NCBI GenBank assembly: GCA_963674695.2
Contig: CAXXGI010000001.1
Span: forward strand, 896,001-960,000
Reading direction: 5' to 3'
Source: a bacterium
GTDB lineage: Bacteria > UBA10199 > 2-02-FULL-44-16 > JAAZCA01
DNA: 64,000 nt
Shown in pieces: positions 28,029 through 36,478 of the stretch; positions within the stretch are counted from its first letter, which is position 1, and every line of letters starts with the position of its first letter. The position numbers were made by a program, and so were the translations under genes. Under the pieces are notes generated by a model. That model saw nothing but the letters and a program-made list of their open reading frames with translations. It was not told the DNA's origin and did not search any database.

Positions 28029-28417
28029 GGTGGCCAGACTCGAACTGGCGACCCGCTGATTACATGTGTTCCACTCGTTTCCGAGCGGCATGGACTATCT
28101 CATCACCATATCCACATTCGGACTGTAGGTGGCGGGCGCTTGTGGGGGATTATTCTTTCGTCACCCCCTAGTCTCTGCACCTTCCCCCCGCCTTTGACAT
28201 CGGGAGGCTTGGCTCAGGGTTACCCGCCGCTTCGCGGAAATCCAAATCTCAAATGACTAAATCCTCAATGAAACATTCGGATCCAGGATTTGGAATTTAG
28301 GATTTCCCGACGAAGTCGGGGAGGGATTCCCTGAATTCACCCGCTTTTCACCCTGCCGTTTCCGACAGGGGCTGCCTTGTGACAGTCAGCTGCTCTAACC
28401 AACTGAGCTACACCGGA
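28022..28417 (-). tRNA. tRNA-Asn(GTT), intron-containing; exons 28417-28382 and 28062-28022
   Basis: Spliced sequence TCCGGTGTAGCTCAGTTGGTTAGAGCAGCTGACTGT^TAATCAGCGGGTCGCCAGTTCGAGTCTGGCCACCGGAGCCA (77 nt) forms a complete cloverleaf with G73 and encoded CCA. Confidence 0.93.
28063..28381 (-). ncRNA. Group I intron (319 nt, no ORF) in the tRNA-Asn anticodon
   Basis: 5' exon ends in U paired to G in P1 (CUGU/GCAG); terminal G; P2 with GAAA loop; P3 GCGGGUG/CGCCCGC; core motifs GAAUUCAGGGAA, AACCCUGAGCCAAG, GGUGCAGAGACUA, GAGAUAGUCCA; P9 with GAAA loop. Confidence 0.9.
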
Positions 28418-28466
28418 ATATTACACCTTTCAAAGAGCGCGAAAAATCGCGCATGCCTAACACCAA

Positions 28467-29057
28467 TCATTCGGCGTGTAAACCCCGTTTCGCATGGTTC
28501 TCGGCGTGCTGGCCCCGGCGCAGGATCGGCGCATAGACGCGAAAATAGGCGATCTCCGCAGTGAGCATGCCGGCCAGAATGAGGCCGGGGAGGGTAAGCG
28601 ACTCCATCCGGCCATCCCAGCGGCTCGCGGCGAAGATGGCTGCGGAGCTGCAGACCAGCCCCAGCTCGACGGCGAAGGCCCAGTGATGGCCGCGATGCAG
28701 ATCCCGTTCATGCAGGCCCACGCCCGGAATCCAACCGCCCCAGGGCGTGACATGCATCCGGCGGCGATTGATGAGATCAAAGACCCAGTGCGACAGCACG
28801 CAGCCGCCATAGATGAGCGCATCGACGGCATTCGCGCCGAAGATCAACGCCGCCGCGACCGTCGCCACGGTCAGCAGTGCGACCGCCAGGAGGGTGTGCG
28901 AAAAGCGCTCGTCGGCGCCCAGGCGCTCAAGCCCCAGAAGGACGAGGAGCGCGTGCACCAGATCCACGAGTAGACACAGCCCCATCGCCAGCGGCAGATT
29001 CACTTCCGGCCGGAGGGCCTTGGCCACGAGTGCGGGGGCGAGATGGGCGACGAGCAT
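28467..29057 (-). CDS. Membrane protein, putative metal-dependent hydrolase (YdjM-like)
   Basis: MLVAH, D, FSHTL, SHWVFD pattern in TM helices. Confidence 0.6.
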   Translation of the reverse strand: MLVAHLAPALVAKALRPEVNLPLAMGLCLLVDLVHALLVLLGLERLGADERFSHTLLAVALLTVATVAAALIFGANAVDALIYGGCVLSHWVFDLINRRRMHVTPWGGWIPGVGLHERDLHRGHHWAFAVELGLVCSSAAIFAASRWDGRMESLTLPGLILAGMLTAEIAYFRVYAPILRRGQHAENHAKRGLHAE

Positions 29058-29146
29058 GTCGACATCGTGCCCGCTTTTTCCGCCCATCGCAACCCCGCCC
29101 CGTTTTTCCTTGCCCGCCCGGCCCGGCGGGTCTATGTGGAGCGCCT

Positions 29147-30040
29147 ATGGCAATGGTCGACCACAGACGCCTTTCCAACGAAGAACTCATCGACCTCCTC
29201 TTCAACCAGGAGGATCGGCTCCCGCGCGCCGCGGTTGATGAGATCCTGCGCCGCGAGTCCGAAATGTTGCCGATCTTGAGTGAGATCGCCATGGACCGCA
29301 CCGTCTGGATCGCCGACACCCCCGAGTGGTGGGCGCCGGTGCATGCCACCTATATCCTCGGCGCCATCGGCGGCCCCGAGGTCCTCGTCCCACTGCTTGC
29401 CGCGCTGCGCTGGTCGGACGCCTACGACAACGAATGGGCCGCTGAAGACCTCCCCTCCATCCTCGGCTCGATGGGGGAGATCTCCCGCCCGGCCATTCTC
29501 GGCTGCATCGCCGATCGCAGCGCCGGCTGGTCCGCACGCTCCATCGCGATGGACGCCCTGGGCTCACAGGCGATGCGCACCCCCGACACGGAAGAGGAGT
29601 CAATGGGACTGCTCGGGGCAATCCTGCGGGATGAAAGCGAAGAATACGGCGCACGTCGGAGCGCAGCCTACATCCTGCTCGACTTCCGGCGCACCGATTT
29701 CAAGAAGGAACTCATTGCGATTGCCTGGGAGGAGGATCGGCGCCAGCAGCAACTCCCCGACTATCGCGTCGCCTTCACCCCCGACCAGATCGAGAGCGAG
29801 CTCACCCTCCCGCGCCGCGGCATGGACGTCTATCTGCGCGATTGGCTCACCTTCTATGACGCCGATGAGATCACGCGGCGACAGTCGCGTTGGACGGAAC
29901 AGGACAGCCGCCGACGCATGGAGGTCGACGAAGAGCTGGCCCCGCATTCGCGTCAAAGCTTCGTCATCTCGCCCAGCGATCCCTGCCCCTGCGGCAGCGG
30001 AAAACCCTATCGACGCTGCTGTTTCAAGAAGCTGCATTGA
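29147..30040 (+). CDS. DUF1186-like helical protein with C-terminal SEC-C motif
   Basis: DPCPCGSGKPYRRCC; HATYILG. Confidence 0.75.
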   Translation: MAMVDHRRLSNEELIDLLFNQEDRLPRAAVDEILRRESEMLPILSEIAMDRTVWIADTPEWWAPVHATYILGAIGGPEVLVPLLAALRWSDAYDNEWAAEDLPSILGSMGEISRPAILGCIADRSAGWSARSIAMDALGSQAMRTPDTEEESMGLLGAILRDESEEYGARRSAAYILLDFRRTDFKKELIAIAWEEDRRQQQLPDYRVAFTPDQIESELTLPRRGMDVYLRDWLTFYDADEITRRQSRWTEQDSRRRMEVDEELAPHSRQSFVISPSDPCPCGSGKPYRRCCFKKLH

Positions 30041-30094
30041 CCTCATGAACCATCCCGAATAGAATAGTTCTGTTCACCATCGCAGGAGGGGATC

Positions 30095-30511
30095 ATGCCG
30101 AATTGGAACGAAGTGGAAACGCAGGCAAAAAAACTCATCGACGAAGGCATTCGCATGCTCAAGACGGGCGCAAACGAAGCCGAGGTCATCGCGGGCAAGA
30201 CCGCCAGCTCCGCTAAACTCCATGTCGCCATGGGGCAGAACCGCCTGGAAAACTATCGCACCGTGCACGACCTGGGCGAAATCGTCTTCAAGGCACTGAA
30301 GAAGGATGCGACGAGCAGCGCCATCGCGGTGACGCCCAAGATGAAGGAACTCTTTACCAAGATTCAGAAACGAGAGACAGTCGCCGCTGAAGCGGAAGAT
30401 AAACTCAAACACTATACGATCGTGCGCACGGATGCCCCGAAGAAGTCAAAAGCCGCGCCGAAGAAGACCAAACCCTCCGGCACGAAGGGGTCATCGGCCA
30501 AGCGTCAGTAA
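30095..30511 (+). CDS. Hypothetical helical protein with basic tail
   Basis: Strong SD (AGGAGG); coding-like composition. Confidence 0.7.
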   Translation: MPNWNEVETQAKKLIDEGIRMLKTGANEAEVIAGKTASSAKLHVAMGQNRLENYRTVHDLGEIVFKALKKDATSSAIAVTPKMKELFTKIQKRETVAAEAEDKLKHYTIVRTDAPKKSKAAPKKTKPSGTKGSSAKRQ

Positions 30512-30957
30512 GTAATCTCTCGCACCCCGCGCATCGCCTCATCGAGCATATCGGGCGAACGCGCAAATCCCCCCAACGCAAACGCCGCATCGCGCACCTC
30601 AATATCATCGCTGATCACGATGATCTCTCCCGGTGCGCCCGCGTGCGCATACCCCTCCACCTCTCCTGCGCGCAGACGACGCAGCAGGTCGGCCAGCATC
30701 GTGTCCGCCGACTGCCCGCGCTTAGAGAATAAAACATCCACGCCGGCAAACGTTTCATGTGTGGAGAGTGCAGCATCCCCGGCCGGGCGACCCGCACCGT
30801 CGAAGACGACGATCGCGGCGTGCCCGCTTGCAGCCGCATACTCCTCCAGGGCCATCAGAAATGCCTCACGGCCGGAGGCAAGACCTCCGCCTTCGACGCG
30901 GCGAAACCGCGGAATGCGGCGAATGGCGTTATAGCCGTCGATGAGGAGCAGGGCCAT
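30505..30957 (-). CDS. NYN domain protein (YacP-like)
   Basis: LLIDGYN, VVFDG, SAD, VISDD. Confidence 0.82.
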   Translation of the reverse strand: MALLLIDGYNAIRRIPRFRRVEGGGLASGREAFLMALEEYAAASGHAAIVVFDGAGRPAGDAALSTHETFAGVDVLFSKRGQSADTMLADLLRRLRAGEVEGYAHAGAPGEIIVISDDIEVRDAAFALGGFARSPDMLDEAMRGVREITY

Positions 30958-31065
30958 GGGAGGGCCACCTACTGCGCTGAAGGTGAAATGACAAGCACGG
31001 ATGACAGGGTTATGCGACTATGCTAAGGACATGCCATACGCTAAATGCTGAAAAAGGAGGTTCAT

Positions 31066-31263
31066 ATGCTCTCCCTCATCGCATTTGCTCGCCCCGGTAT
31101 CGGGGAGATCCTCCTGGTGGCACTCGTCATCCTCGTCATCTTCGGTGCACAGCGTCTGCCGGAGATCGGCCGCGCGGCCGGAAAGGCGATTCGTAATTTT
31201 CAGCGGGCCTTTCGCGGCCAGTCCTCCGAAGACAAAACCCCCGACTCCTCCGACACCAACTGA
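31066..31263 (+). CDS. tatA: Twin-arginine translocase TatA
   Basis: EILLVALVILVIFGAQRLPEIGRAAGKAIRNF. Confidence 0.88.
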   Translation: MLSLIAFARPGIGEILLVALVILVIFGAQRLPEIGRAAGKAIRNFQRAFRGQSSEDKTPDSSDTN

Positions 31264-31270
31264 GGCTCCC

Positions 31271-31453
31271 ATGTTCGGCATCGGTATGACAGAAGGCATC
31301 GTCATTACCCTGGTGGCACTGATCGTCTTGGGACCCAAGCGCGCGCAGGAGATCGCCCACCGCGCGGGCGCAAAGATTGGCCGCCTCATGGAAACGGTGC
31401 GCGAGTTTTCAGAGACGAACGCAGCGGAGACTGACCGCGATGACAACGCCTGA
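31271..31453 (+). CDS. tatB: TatB-like subunit
   Basis: MFGIGMTE...ALIVLGPKR. Confidence 0.75.
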   Translation: MFGIGMTEGIVITLVALIVLGPKRAQEIAHRAGAKIGRLMETVREFSETNAAETDRDDNA

Positions 31454-32198
31454 CACCCCCAGACCCGTCAGCGAACACCTGCGCGAAATGCGTCGCCGAA
31501 TCTTCATCTGCATCGGCGCGCTGGCATGCGGGGCGCTCGCGGCCATCCCCTTTCAGGATCAACTCCTCGCCTTCATCATGCACCCGCTGCGCGAAGCGTT
31601 CGGACCGGAAATATCGCTCGTCGCGCTCACCCCCTTCGAAGCCTGGATCATCTCGCTCAAGCTCGCGCTCGTCGTGGGCGCGGTCATCGCACTGCCGATC
31701 ATCATCTGGCAGGCCATCGCCTTCTGGGCACCGGCATGCCGTAACCGATCGCCGCGCGCGACACCAATCCTGATCCTGGCCCTGGCGGGAATGTTTTTGG
31801 CAGGCGCTGCCTTCTGCTATAAACTCATCCTCCCCGGCGCCTACCGCTTTGCGGCCGCCAACATGGACGACGCCCTCATCACCTTTCTCCCCCACGCCTC
31901 GGCGATCGTCACCTTTACGCTTCGCCTGCTCCTCGCCTTTGGCATCGCCTTCGAGTTGCCGTTCATCGTCGCGCTGCTCATCCGTTTGAATCTCGTCTCG
32001 CCGGACAGGCTTTCGCGCGCGCGGCCCTTCGTCATCATCGGCGCGTTCATCCTTGGCGCGCTGCTCACCCCGCCGGACGTCATCACCCAGGTGATGCTGG
32101 CGCTGCCGCTGATGGTACTCTTCGAACTGGGGCTTCTGCTCGGGCGATGGCTCGCACGCAGGCGCCGCGCTTGTCCTGCCCCCTCCCATCTGGTATGA
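31440..32198 (+). CDS. tatC: Twin-arginine translocase TatC
   Basis: EHLREMRRR, FGIAFELP, LTPPDVITQ. Confidence 0.92.
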   Translation: MTTPDTPRPVSEHLREMRRRIFICIGALACGALAAIPFQDQLLAFIMHPLREAFGPEISLVALTPFEAWIISLKLALVVGAVIALPIIIWQAIAFWAPACRNRSPRATPILILALAGMFLAGAAFCYKLILPGAYRFAAANMDDALITFLPHASAIVTFTLRLLLAFGIAFELPFIVALLIRLNLVSPDRLSRARPFVIIGAFILGALLTPPDVITQVMLALPLMVLFELGLLLGRWLARRRRACPAPSHLV

Positions 32199-32226
32199 AT
32201 AGATCCATCTTCGAAAGGATGCGCGC

Positions 32227-33879
32227 GTGAAAACCATCAAGATCATGATGAACGGGAAATCGCTGACGGCGAGCATCGGCTCACGCATCGCCGAGCTCCT
32301 GCCCCGTGCACCGCACCGCGGCCCCTTCACGCCCGTGGGCGCCATCATCAACAACCGCCTCGACGGCCTCTACTACGAACTCAAAAGCCCCGCCACGATC
32401 GAGACGCTCGACTACTCCAATCGCCAGGGCGTGGACATCTATCGACGCACCGCCTCCACGCTCCTCTATGCCGCCTTCGCCGACATCGCTCCCGAGGCGC
32501 ACGTGGTCGTCGGTCAGTCCCTCTCCGATGGCTACTTCTTCGAGATCCACGGCTGTGCGGTCAATGCAGCGCTCATCAGCGAAATCGATGCGCACATGCG
32601 CCAGATCGTCGAGGCCGACATCCCCATGCAGCCGGAATGGACGACCGTCGAAGAGGCGATGACGATCTTCGAGCGGCACGGAACGCCCGAAAAGGTGGAG
32701 ATGCTCAAACAGCTTCGCCGCTCGGAAGTGCCGATCATCACGCTCGGCAAATACCGTGGGCTCGCGTACGGACCTGTCGCTTCGCGCACGGGGCTCATCG
32801 ACGCCTTCCGCATCCACCCGTATGAACACGGCATCGTCCTCGGCTTTCCCGATGCAGACGGCAACCTGGCGAAATCCATTCCGCAACAGCCAAAACTCTT
32901 CGCGATGTACGTGGAGGTCAAACGCTGGAATGAATTGGTGCACATTCAGAATGTGGCTGAGCTCAATGAGCGCTGCATGTACGGCGGCGCCATCGAGTTG
33001 GTGCAGGTGGCTGAGGCGCTGCACGAACAAAAGATATCAGCCATCGCCGAGGAGATCGTGCAGCGCAAGAAGACGAAGCTCATCCTCATCGCGGGTCCGT
33101 CCGGCTCCGGGAAGACGACTTTTTCCAAGCGGCTCACCATTCACCTGAAGACACTGGGACTCGAACCGGTCGCCATCTCGATGGACAACTACTATGTCGA
33201 TCGGCAGGCCACACCCAAGCATGCCGATGGCAGCTACAACTTCGAATGCCTCGAGGCGCTCGATGTCGAACTCTTCAACGACCAGATGGCCCGGCTCATG
33301 CGCGGCGAGGAGATCGATTCGCCCTACTACTCCTTTCCGATGGGGCGTCGCGATCCCGCGCGCAGCAAGCGCTTCAAACTCGAGCGTCACCAGGTCCTCA
33401 TCACCGAAGGAATCCACGGCCTCAACGAAGGACTCACGCCCGGCATCCCGGCGGACCGCAAGTTCAAGATCTACGTCTCGGCGCTCACGCAGCTCTGTCT
33501 GGATGATCACAACCGCATCTTCTCGACCGACACGCGGCTCTGCCGACGGCTGGTGCGCGACCGCCTCTTTCGTGGCACCTCCGCGGCCAATACGATCGCG
33601 GGCTGGGCGAGCGTTCGCGCCGGCGAGGGAAATTACATCTTTCCCTTTCAGGAGGAATCCGACGCCATCTTCAACTCGGCCATCGCCTACGAGCACGCGC
33701 TGCTCAAACCCTATGCCGAACGTTTTCTGACGGAAGTTTCACGTGAAGATCCGTCGTTCGCCGAAGCCAGCCGCCTCTACCGCTTCTTCTCCTACTTCAT
33801 CCCGATCCTCTCGCACGAGGTTCCCCACACCTCGATCCTGCGCGAGTTCGTCGGCGGCAGCGCGTTTCGATATCGATAA
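32227..33879 (+). CDS. Nucleoside (uridine) kinase with N-terminal ThrRS-like domains
   Basis: IAGPSGSGKTTF, EGIHGLN, RRLVRD, IFPFQE, SILREFVGGS. Confidence 0.88.
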   Translation: MKTIKIMMNGKSLTASIGSRIAELLPRAPHRGPFTPVGAIINNRLDGLYYELKSPATIETLDYSNRQGVDIYRRTASTLLYAAFADIAPEAHVVVGQSLSDGYFFEIHGCAVNAALISEIDAHMRQIVEADIPMQPEWTTVEEAMTIFERHGTPEKVEMLKQLRRSEVPIITLGKYRGLAYGPVASRTGLIDAFRIHPYEHGIVLGFPDADGNLAKSIPQQPKLFAMYVEVKRWNELVHIQNVAELNERCMYGGAIELVQVAEALHEQKISAIAEEIVQRKKTKLILIAGPSGSGKTTFSKRLTIHLKTLGLEPVAISMDNYYVDRQATPKHADGSYNFECLEALDVELFNDQMARLMRGEEIDSPYYSFPMGRRDPARSKRFKLERHQVLITEGIHGLNEGLTPGIPADRKFKIYVSALTQLCLDDHNRIFSTDTRLCRRLVRDRLFRGTSAANTIAGWASVRAGEGNYIFPFQEESDAIFNSAIAYEHALLKPYAERFLTEVSREDPSFAEASRLYRFFSYFIPILSHEVPHTSILREFVGGSAFRYR

Positions 33880-33930
33880 CGAATACAACCAAGAACCGAA
33901 GAAATTGGGAACCGAGAAACCGGACGGGGG

Positions 33931-34001
33931 TTGTCATCCTGAGCAAAGCGAAGGATCCCCTGGAATTCCATGGAGATCCTTCGCTTCGCTCAGGATGACA
34001 A
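33931..34001. repeat. REP-like inverted doublet (GTCATCCTGAG subtype)
   Basis: TTGTCATCCTGAGCAAAGCGAAGGATC...GATCCTTCGCTTCGCTCAGGATGACAA. Confidence 0.9.
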
Positions 34002-34011
34002 CTGAAACACC

Positions 34012-35139
34012 CTACCGAAAGACTTTGCGGAAGCGGAGCGCGCCGACCGTGAACGAGACGGCGCCGATCGCGGTCAGCGCTACGAGTTCCCGCCACATAA
34101 AGATGAGGCTGTTCCCCTTGAGAAAAATCCCCACCCCCAGGTCGATATAGTACTTCAACGGCGAAAAATGCACGAGGGTCTGCATCCAGTTGGGCATCGC
34201 CTCCATCGGCACGAATGCGCCCGAGAGAAACATGATCGGCACGAGCACGAGGATCGAGAAGAGCACCGTGTCGGAGAGGTTCGACGAGATCGTCGAGATC
34301 ATGAGCCCCAACCCGGAGATCGCCGTGACATAGAGCAGGGTGACGAAGAAGAAGGCGACAACGCTCCCCTGGAACGGAATGCCGGTGACCGGCACCAGGA
34401 TCACGAAGATGGAGATGAACGAAGCGAAGAAGAGCACGACGACCATCGGCACGATCTTGGCGACCATGATCTCCCAGGTTCGAAGCGGCGTCACCATGAG
34501 CTGTTCGATCGTGCCGAACTGTTTCTCGTTCACCATGGCCGTGGCGATGAGCAGGATGCCGATGAGGGTTAAGTCGACGAAGAACTCCATGAGCGAGAAG
34601 TTCCAACGGTCGAGCAGGTTGGGATTGTACCAATTGCGCTTGGCTGAGACCACCTGCGGCACCACCTGCTCCGCCGACGGCGTGACGTTCCACTTCGTCA
34701 TCATGAGTTCGATATTGCGCCGCGCCACGATGTTGGCGATATAGCCCGCGGCCAGCTCCGAGGAGTTGCTGATCGATCCATCGAGCAGCACCTGCATCTG
34801 TGCCGGTTCACCCGCCCCCATCTTCCGGCTAAAATCCTCCGGGAAGATGACCACCACGGCCACCGCGCCCGACTCGATGATGGGTTCAATCTCGTCCTCC
34901 TGCTGAAGGACATGCGTGATCTGAAAGAACGGCTCGCGCAGGTCCTCGATCACCTGCCGACTCTCCTCGGTCTTGGAGAGATCATAGACCGCCAGCGGAT
35001 AGTCGTGGATGTCCATGGAGATGGAGCCAGCCGAATAGACGTCGATCGTCATGCAATAGAGCACGATGATGATGAGCGGCAGGTTCCGGAAGAACTGCAG
35101 GAACTCCTTGCGCATCAGGATGTAGAGTCGAAAACCCAT
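34012..35139 (-). CDS. ABC-2 permease (YbhR/YhhJ-like)
   Basis: RKEFLQ, EKQFGTIEQLMVTP, FLSGAFVP. Confidence 0.88.
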   Translation of the reverse strand: MGFRLYILMRKEFLQFFRNLPLIIIVLYCMTIDVYSAGSISMDIHDYPLAVYDLSKTEESRQVIEDLREPFFQITHVLQQEDEIEPIIESGAVAVVVIFPEDFSRKMGAGEPAQMQVLLDGSISNSSELAAGYIANIVARRNIELMMTKWNVTPSAEQVVPQVVSAKRNWYNPNLLDRWNFSLMEFFVDLTLIGILLIATAMVNEKQFGTIEQLMVTPLRTWEIMVAKIVPMVVVLFFASFISIFVILVPVTGIPFQGSVVAFFFVTLLYVTAISGLGLMISTISSNLSDTVLFSILVLVPIMFLSGAFVPMEAMPNWMQTLVHFSPLKYYIDLGVGIFLKGNSLIFMWRELVALTAIGAVSFTVGALRFRKVFR

Positions 35140-35142
35140 TCG

Positions 35143-36291
35143 TTATCCAATTCGTTTCTTGAACAAGCGGATGCTCAAGCCGAAGAATCCGAAACAGAAG
35201 AGCAGGATCATCGCGACATCCTTGTGGAGATAGGAAAACCCCGCCCCCTTGACCATGATCTTGCGCAGCATATCGATCTCGAACGTGGTGGGCATGATCC
35301 ACGACATGGACTGCGCATTCTTCTCCATGCTGGAGATCGGCACCATGAATCCCGAGAAGAGAAAGGACGGCATCACCGTCCCCACGAAGGTGACGAGGAT
35401 CGCCGCCACCTGGGAATTGAGCATGACCGCCACGAAGAGCCCGATGGCCACGACGGAAGCGACATAGAAGAAGGAGAAGAAGCAGAGGATTCCCAGCGAC
35501 CCGCGCACGGGGACGTCGAAGATGAAGACGGTGAAGGCGAGGAAGAGCAAAAAATTGGCGTAGGCGATCAGGACATACGGCGTCATCTTGCCGAGCAGAT
35601 ATTCGGCCTTACTCAGGCTCGAACAGTACATGTTGAGGATGGAGCCGCTCTCCTTCTCGCGCGCGAGCGAAATGGTGGCGACGATCGGCGGGAAGAAGAT
35701 CATGACGAGTGCAATGATCGCGGGGACCATAAAGTCATCGCTGCGAAAGGCCGAGTTGTACCACCCGCTGGCCATGAGCTCGATGGGCACCGCATCGGCC
35801 GCCGCATACCCCGGACGCGTCGCGGCATATTTGGCCAGGACCTGGGAGCTATAGTTGGCCAGGATTGCATCGACATACCCTCCCATGAGGCTGGCCGTGT
35901 TCGGATAGGCACCATCGACGAGCACCTGCACCTCGACCGGAATACCTTTTTTTAACTTCTGCGAATAATAGGTCGGGATGACCAGGATCACCCGGATGTG
36001 CCCGAGGTTCATCTCGCGCACGGCCTCGTCGTAATCGTTCGCCACGACCTTGAGGTTGAAGAGATCGGTGGCGTTTTCAAACTGATCGATGAGCTCGCGA
36101 CTCGTCGCGGTCTTGTCCAGGTCCACCACGCCCATGGGGCTATTCTTGGCATCGAGCGGCAGCCCGTAGGCAAAGAGAAAGTAGAAGATCACCGGCGCCA
36201 GGATCGTCATCAAAAAGAAGATATGGTTGCGCTTGAGTTCCAAGAACTCCTTGCGCATCACCGCCAGATATCGTCGGAAACAAAAACGCAC
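35143..36291 (-). CDS. ABC-2 permease (YbhS-like)
   Basis: RKEFLE, AREKESGS, FLFSGFMVP; GTG start inferred. Confidence 0.85.
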   Translation of the reverse strand: MRFCFRRYLAVMRKEFLELKRNHIFFLMTILAPVIFYFLFAYGLPLDAKNSPMGVVDLDKTATSRELIDQFENATDLFNLKVVANDYDEAVREMNLGHIRVILVIPTYYSQKLKKGIPVEVQVLVDGAYPNTASLMGGYVDAILANYSSQVLAKYAATRPGYAAADAVPIELMASGWYNSAFRSDDFMVPAIIALVMIFFPPIVATISLAREKESGSILNMYCSSLSKAEYLLGKMTPYVLIAYANFLLFLAFTVFIFDVPVRGSLGILCFFSFFYVASVVAIGLFVAVMLNSQVAAILVTFVGTVMPSFLFSGFMVPISSMEKNAQSMSWIMPTTFEIDMLRKIMVKGAGFSYLHKDVAMILLFCFGFFGLSIRLFKKRIG

Positions 36292-36378
36292 GAAACACCT
36301 CTCATATAGGGGCACCTCTAAAAACACAGCTATTGATGCCACCTCCTGGGGAAAACGGAGATGACAGAACCAAAGGGT

Positions 36379-36453
36379 GTCATTCCCGCATGGGGTAAGC
36401 GGGAATCTCGATTGTTACGAAACATCGGGATCCCCGCGTTCGCGGGGATGACA
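36379..36453. repeat. REP-like inverted doublet inside the ABC operon
   Basis: GTCATTCCCGC...GCGGGAATCTCG / CGGGATCCCCGCGTTCGCGGGGATGAC. Confidence 0.85.
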
Positions 36454-36478
36454 CTCCCGAGGCCAGCGTGCCCAAACA

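Noticed and set aside
28063-28381. Homing endonuclease in the intron, or link to the GIY-YIG gene at 16169
   Set aside because: The intron has no room for such an ORF; the GIY-YIG gene is 12 kb away, small and stand-alone, and embedded in its own repeats
28375-28417. Intron-less tRNA-Asp(GTC) or tRNA pseudogene fragments
   Set aside because: The unspliced sequence gives no proper anticodon stem or T arm; splicing after U and at the terminal G gives loop CTGTTAA and a complete tRNA-Asn
27617-28564. ORFs 27617..27913, 27797..28171 and 28379..28564
   Set aside because: They overlap the tRNA, intron, terminators or repeats and show no protein motifs
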